Source: Pseudomonadota bacterium
Lineage (GTDB): Bacteria; Bdellovibrionota_B; Oligoflexia; Oligoflexales; CAIMVM01
DNA length: 50,993 bases
Direction: 5' to 3'
Assembly: GCA_037142195.1 (NCBI GenBank)
Contig: JBAXBA010000017.1
Coordinates: 1 to 50,993 of the forward strand
The position numbers and the translations under genes are program-made. The notes under the pieces are model-generated. The model made no database searches. It was not told the DNA's origin and saw only the letters and a list, made by a program, of their open reading frames with translations. Shown here piece after piece: positions 46,101 through 50,993 of the stretch; position 1 is the stretch's first letter; each line of letters opens with the position of its first letter.

Positions 46101-47942
46101 ATGATCTCTAGAAAAAGACAGCTCGCAGCACTAGTGCTTTCTGGCGTAGTGGTTGCTTGTGGAAAAGCTCCACAATCGACCGAAACCCATGATGATGGAA
46201 AAATTATTCGATCTTCCCTATCTTCTAACTGGATGATTTTGGATCGAGCCACATTCCTAACAAAGGTCGTGGAAGTTTCGGAAAATGAGGCCCTTCCCGC
46301 TAACTCGTTCACGACCGTACGTCTTCAGAGTTGGATTGATAAAATTGACGCCTATGCGAGAAAGCGTGATCCAAATGTTCTAGCATCCATTCCTAAGCCA
46401 AGCGTAGTAGTGTTAAAGACATCAGAAGCCAATGCATACGTGTCTTCCACTGCAGTTTGCTACAATGTCAAAGTAACCTTCGGTGATGGCGTTAAATCTG
46501 CTCCTAATGGCGTTTATATCGATAAGACCCTAGATCTACTCGACGTAGATATCCCTGCCAATTATCCCTGTATTGATGTAGATCCAAGCGACCTACCTGC
46601 AATTGCTGAAGAAATTTCCACTCGAGGCCAGAAGTGCTCGTTTACAGTATCTCCAAGCGGCATTGCGTTCCCAGCGGCTTGTGGAACTGTGGATCCAGCT
46701 TACAAAAATGGATTTACAGCACCTAAGCTTTTACTTCTCAAAACACCAAACTGGTTCGTAGTCTTATCTGGGATTGCAGATCTCCTTAAAAATGAAGAAT
46801 CCCTCGTTGGAGTTTTAGCTCACGAACTTGGTCATTACTACAGATCCCATTCCAATACTTATAAGAATGAATATGACTTTTTCTACACTCAAAATGAAGC
46901 AGGAAATCCTAACCACAAGCCCACTCGTGACGCATCCCTAGAGACCTTTGGTAAAACGGTATTTCAGGCAAGCGCAGCTTATTTCCCAGTGAGTTTAATT
47001 CCAGATGACAACAGCTTAAAACTAGATCCTATGCTTTATCTTGCTCTTGGCGATATCGCTAGACAGGCAAATACCCTTCCGAGCTGCAAAAAGGCGGCTA
47101 CATTTGAAGAGCCAACGACCGCTCGTGGGCTAGGAGCGATGCCCTTTGCACTGCCCAATAGCATTGACACTTTTGATGAATTTGCAGCGCTGGCGAATCA
47201 ATGTCTAGCAGACATTGAAGCTTCTGAATCCGCTAAGACAAAAGTCAATTTAGCATCTGCCATTAAGAGCCCCAAATGGGCGCCATACCAGAACAATCCT
47301 AATTTAACTAAAGACCAAAAAACTCAATTAGTTGACCTCGCTCAGACCGTTTTTGAAGTCGTTGGAACTGATGTGACCTTGCCAAGAGCGTTTACAAAAA
47401 ATGACGTTTTAAAATTAGCCGCAGCTCTTAGAGCTAATGCGGGCAAGATTAAGCAGACTTTACAAAAAGCTTATGATGCTAAATTAGGACAATACACAGT
47501 TGAACAAGAAGCGGATGACCTTTCTGTGGAAATTCTTTCCAATATTGGTTTAGGTGGAAATTCTGCTGTTGATACCTATATGGCGCTTGTAAATCCAGAA
47601 GAAGGCCTAGGAGGTTTTGAGATTGGACTGCAGCGTTGCGAAAAAATGCGCGCTAACAACTGGATCGACCCCGACGGCAAATTTGATATTCAAATCCTTC
47701 CTGTGGGAGATTATTCAGAAGTGCATCACAGTGGCTGCTACAGAGCCTTCAATGCCTCTCGCGAAATTGCGGCCCATAGATATGAGCCCGCAGCAAAAGC
47801 ACCGCTTGATCCTAGTGTATGGGCGAAAATCACGTATGAACTTAAGACCGGAAAAGCTGGCTTAATTAGAACCAAAAAGGCCAAGAGTCCAAAGAACAAG
47901 CTTGTATTCCCCAAGGGTTGTTCCTTTGCTCCTAAGGCTTAA
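46101..47942 (+). CDS. M48-family zinc metallopeptidase, lipoprotein
   Basis: Lipobox VVAC; ANAY, GVLAHELGH, EQEADD, late HHSGCYR; AAGGGG before ATG 46101. Confidence 0.82.
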   Translation: MISRKRQLAALVLSGVVVACGKAPQSTETHDDGKIIRSSLSSNWMILDRATFLTKVVEVSENEALPANSFTTVRLQSWIDKIDAYARKRDPNVLASIPKPSVVVLKTSEANAYVSSTAVCYNVKVTFGDGVKSAPNGVYIDKTLDLLDVDIPANYPCIDVDPSDLPAIAEEISTRGQKCSFTVSPSGIAFPAACGTVDPAYKNGFTAPKLLLLKTPNWFVVLSGIADLLKNEESLVGVLAHELGHYYRSHSNTYKNEYDFFYTQNEAGNPNHKPTRDASLETFGKTVFQASAAYFPVSLIPDDNSLKLDPMLYLALGDIARQANTLPSCKKAATFEEPTTARGLGAMPFALPNSIDTFDEFAALANQCLADIEASESAKTKVNLASAIKSPKWAPYQNNPNLTKDQKTQLVDLAQTVFEVVGTDVTLPRAFTKNDVLKLAAALRANAGKIKQTLQKAYDAKLGQYTVEQEADDLSVEILSNIGLGGNSAVDTYMALVNPEEGLGGFEIGLQRCEKMRANNWIDPDGKFDIQILPVGDYSEVHHSGCYRAFNASREIAAHRYEPAAKAPLDPSVWAKITYELKTGKAGLIRTKKAKSPKNKLVFPKGCSFAPKA

Positions 47943-47971
47943 TTCTTAATCCAGTATTCGATTTATTTCCT

Positions 47972-48007
47972 AAAGATGCCATGAAAGAACTCATGGCATC
48001 TTTTTTT
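47972..48007 (+). terminator. intrinsic terminator
   Basis: AAAGATGCCATGA-aagaac-TCATGGCATC followed by T7. Confidence 0.9.
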
Positions 48008-48203
48008 ATCCCACGCATCACCATCTGAGACGATGCAGATCTGGTCATGATCCTTTTTGGAAAATCCATGCACTTCAATAACATCCGTGGAAACATGGGT
48101 GAGCTATTTCAGAGTTGGCTCTAGCAAGTGGGTTATTTCACGGGAGACCTTTCCCATCACCACTTTCCAAATAGTGGCACCCAAACACTAGGCGACTTTC
48201 AAA

Positions 48204-49280
48204 TCATGGGTACAGAGGTTTCGGAATCCTAAAGCCTAAACTCTTTAAAGAATATGGCGATTTAGTAGTTCCTAAAGAACCGAAATACTTGCAAGAAAAC
48301 TTGATCTGCTCCCAAGAAATTTCAAAGTTAGGGTTAGCCTTCGGGCACATAGGATTTTCAGGCAGCTCAATCTCCCTTAAGATGTCGGATTGAGTTGATC
48401 GATCAGGGAGTGTTGTATTCCTTAAAATCTTTAATGACGTTTTTCGTCCAGAACGTTGTTCCTTACAATTGTCAGGCTCTGCAATTCGGACTCTCAATAC
48501 AATGGAAGAGTTATCCGTCTCAGGAACGTAGACGCTTTCTGTAGGGGGCATTCCTATGCCTGATTCATAGGAGCTCAGATCTTTTGTCAAATACATGCGA
48601 TTACTAGAAACAGCCACGCCCACTGTGGCCGAACCTACTTGGACTTCGCACTTAAAAATGTCTTGAACGCCAAATTGAGTTCCCACAAGCCCTGTCCTTA
48701 CTGCTAAGGCCACCAAGTATTTTGCGGCAGAATCCAAAAGATCTCTGCCGTAGTCGAACGGACCAATAGGGCCATTATCAGTAACATAAATCCCCTCAAA
48801 AGAGGATTTGTGCAAAAACTCGTGAGCAATCAGAAATAAGGCTTGAGTGGGAACTAACGTTTTCACAGAGTCTCGATGAAGCTCTATCGGTCCATTTGGT
48901 CCTAACTCCGTCCTAGCTGCTACCATCATGGGTTTTTGATCGGGCCCAATCACCGTAAGAGGGTTCTCTCGAAGTACGAATAGAGTTCTATTAGGGCCCT
49001 GACTTAACTTTAATATTTGTGGAATCGCCGCGAAGAAGAAGTCTCTACAAAACGCAATCTGAGCTGAGCTCAGAGCTTCCAACTGACAAAAATTTTCTTT
49101 CTCTTTAGAGTCGTACAGAACCACCTTTAGGCTTTCAATTAGGGAGGCCCGCGACGCTTCAAAGAACTCAAAGATGGGATCTCCACCATTGCCGACAACC
49201 GTCCCGCTGTCAGGTCTATTAGCCGCAAACACCGCTCCGCTCATGAAAAAATATAAAACAAAAAATAATTTGTAATTCAT
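48204..49280 (-). CDS. secreted protein with GNGGD motif and HExxH (putative metallopeptidase)
   Basis: Signal peptide ...GAVFA; VVGNGGD; LIAHEFLH; six Cys; ATGA overlap with the upstream gene. Confidence 0.7.
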   Translation of the reverse strand: MNYKLFFVLYFFMSGAVFAANRPDSGTVVGNGGDPIFEFFEASRASLIESLKVVLYDSKEKENFCQLEALSSAQIAFCRDFFFAAIPQILKLSQGPNRTLFVLRENPLTVIGPDQKPMMVAARTELGPNGPIELHRDSVKTLVPTQALFLIAHEFLHKSSFEGIYVTDNGPIGPFDYGRDLLDSAAKYLVALAVRTGLVGTQFGVQDIFKCEVQVGSATVGVAVSSNRMYLTKDLSSYESGIGMPPTESVYVPETDNSSIVLRVRIAEPDNCKEQRSGRKTSLKILRNTTLPDRSTQSDILREIELPENPMCPKANPNFEISWEQIKFSCKYFGSLGTTKSPYSLKSLGFRIPKPLYP

Positions 49281-50104
49281 TTTGAACGTCCTATCGGGGT
49301 TAAGTGCATGGTAACTTGCATCAATCGATCTTGTCCCTTGGGGTGCTTTTCAATAAATTCTAGAAGCTGGGTTTGAAAGGAATCCAATAGTCCTCTCAAC
49401 TCGTCCATATGGTTGTCGTCTACAGCAAGGACAACCGTTGATGCCTTGCGTTCAGACACTGAAAAAGATTTGATCCCCTTCAAAGCAAGCTCTAAGGCTT
49501 TGATGTGAAATACCCTAATTTTTTCAACCGGAATGCCGTTGGTCGTAGTTACCGCCGCCTCTTCCTCGACCACCTTCCCCTCAAGATTCCTTCTCCAAAA
49601 GCCTTCCTTAAACAAGAAGTCCACTGACTTTTTTAAAAGCCGAGGAGACGCCATGCCCTGCAACATAAAAAACAGCGTCTCTGGATCCAGGGAGAAGCCT
49701 TTTAAGTTGACTAGGTCTTTAACATAAGGATGAAGCCAGTTTGATAAAATATGGTTCTTCGCTTTACGAATCTGAGGCTTTTGATTCTGAATTTCTTGAA
49801 AAGAAGACTGCCAGTTTTGGGCTGATAGGCATTTATCGAGATAGGTCTGCTCTAACTGGGTGAGCTTAAAAATCAAACCCATAGCATCCAAATGGTCTCG
49901 GCTAAGCTTTCTCTTACCATTTAAAATCTGAGACACAAGACCTTGGGAGCAAAGTCCCACTTGGGTAGTTCTCTCCCGAAGGCTAAATGGGCCTCTAGAT
50001 TTATGATAGACTAACAAATCCTTAAGAAAATCGACAGGACGAGCATATTCATAAACTATCGGCCGACTCCATCGGCATGAGACAGTTTCGGAATTAAGAC
50101 TCAC
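49277..50104 (-). CDS. TIGR02147-family protein (N-terminal HTH plus DUF4423)
   Basis: FSLRE, SQILNGKRKLS, LSNWLHPYVKDL, IRVFH, ERKAS, QVTMHLTPI. Confidence 0.8.
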   Translation of the reverse strand: MSLNSETVSCRWSRPIVYEYARPVDFLKDLLVYHKSRGPFSLRERTTQVGLCSQGLVSQILNGKRKLSRDHLDAMGLIFKLTQLEQTYLDKCLSAQNWQSSFQEIQNQKPQIRKAKNHILSNWLHPYVKDLVNLKGFSLDPETLFFMLQGMASPRLLKKSVDFLFKEGFWRRNLEGKVVEEEAAVTTTNGIPVEKIRVFHIKALELALKGIKSFSVSERKASTVVLAVDDNHMDELRGLLDSFQTQLLEFIEKHPKGQDRLMQVTMHLTPIGRSK

Positions 50105-50700
50105 TTAAATGTTCCCAAATGGCTGCAATTTACTTTGGCATAACCAACGTAATTTCCATTTTCATCTAGGATAAAACTCTCCATTTGTCTTAAGGCGTCC
50201 CCGTTAAACAAGGGTACTCCGTCTAGGAGCGGAACTTGGTGCCACCAATATGAATTGGGATCAAATGGCCCATTTCCATCTGATGGGCACGCCAATGTCG
50301 CTCCTGATGAGCAAGCTTTCGCCCTGCCTCCTTGGGATTCCTCTTTTTTGCAGTAACTAGTAGATATGGTGAAGCAAGATTTTTGTCTGGCTTCCATGGG
50401 TTGGCCTAGGGCATCATACTTAACGGCATGCGAGTATCCCATATATAGACTTACTCCAAAATAGGCCTTATTTGAATCAAAGCTAACGGAGGGTCCGGCG
50501 TTAGCTTCTGTAATTTGAATTGAACCATCTGGCGAAGTTCCTGCGGGTAGGCGAGAAACAAAAAAGCCATCGTTGCGCACGACGCGATTATTTGTTTCCA
50601 ATTCCGTCACTTCTAGCTCACATTTGAATGAGTCCGTGACTACAGCTAGTGCGGCTGTGGAAACGATCATCGTGGCAATTCCAATGAGTGCTCGCTTCAT
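50101..50700 (-). CDS. secreted Cys-containing hypothetical protein
   Basis: AAGGAG before ATG 50700; signal peptide MKRALIGIATMIVSTAALA; six Cys; GTGA overlap with the next gene. Confidence 0.75.
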   Translation of the reverse strand: MKRALIGIATMIVSTAALAVVTDSFKCELEVTELETNNRVVRNDGFFVSRLPAGTSPDGSIQITEANAGPSVSFDSNKAYFGVSLYMGYSHAVKYDALGQPMEARQKSCFTISTSYCKKEESQGGRAKACSSGATLACPSDGNGPFDPNSYWWHQVPLLDGVPLFNGDALRQMESFILDENGNYVGYAKVNCSHLGTFK

Positions 50701-50797
50701 GTAAAATACTCCTTTTGAAAAATTTAAATTTCGGTTGATTTGATAGATTTGATAGTTACACAGCAGCTTCTGATTTGCAATGAAATCGCAATTCTCA

Positions 50798-50817
50798 CTG
50801 ATTACAATTGTAATCAG
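50798..50817. promoter_or_regulatory. perfect 20-bp palindrome, candidate operator
   Basis: CTGATTACAATTGTAATCAG, about 100 nt upstream of the three-gene operon; related half-sites CTGATTTGCAAT (50770) and CTGATTT (50820). Confidence 0.65.
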
Positions 50818-50993
50818 GTCTGATTTCTCAGACGGACCTTCCCCCCAAAAAACACCCCCTAAAATCCCTGTAGTCCTTGCTGCCACCTATTTTGGTGGTT
50901 TTTAAAAACCTAAGTTTGTACCCATGTAAATTAATGTTTAACTAGGGCGTGTACTCACATCTAATTTAAGTAGTTGAAATAAAGACAGTTTCT

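Noticed and set aside
50701..50886. Long N-terminal extensions in the ORF track (also at 13525, 17836, 32849, 35235, 38391, 44406, 46029)
   Set aside because: Downstream starts have a better RBS or restore signal peptides and family N-termini
1..50993. CRISPR arrays, integrases, intact IS elements, rRNA, and the many short antisense or nested ORFs in the track
   Set aside because: No repeat-spacer periodicity or recombinase/transposase ORF seen; nested ORFs lie opposite or inside well-supported genes

Overview
This 51-kb window is mostly core chromosome of a diderm bacterium, by inference a member of Bdellovibrionota/Oligoflexia (TIGR02147-type regulator, GNGG-motif secreted protein, many secreted lipoprotein hydrolases). 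Core genes: tRNA-fMet, mitochondrial-type aconitase, prmA-rsmE, an Smr protein, YihY, an OmpR/sensor-kinase pair, tRNA-Asn, murJ-icmF, an envelope cluster (beta-barrel, GT51 protein, bamD, TonB, MltD), etfBA, clpP, an MsbA-like ABC exporter, priA and an unusual rpsR-rpmB-smallORF-rpsT operon. An integrase-less accessory islet (about 13.5-19.7 kb, abutting the tRNA-Asn 3' end) carries GST, GNATs, PaiB, a glutathione peroxidase, gene remnants and a DUF4258/HTH toxin-antitoxin pair. Best leads: (i) an un-called 43-aa very basic ORF inside the ribosomal-protein operon, a candidate lineage-specific ribosomal protein; (ii) a translationally coupled secreted-protein/TIGR02147/secreted-HExxH cassette with a perfect 20-bp upstream palindrome and motifs shared by the two flanking proteins; (iii) a ~170-nt 6S-like rod RNA; (iv) PriA lacking one whole Zn site; (v) a class-A-PBP-like protein with an apparently dead transpeptidase domain. 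I saw no CRISPR array, integrase or intact transposase. All family calls come from motif recognition by eye; no database searches were run.
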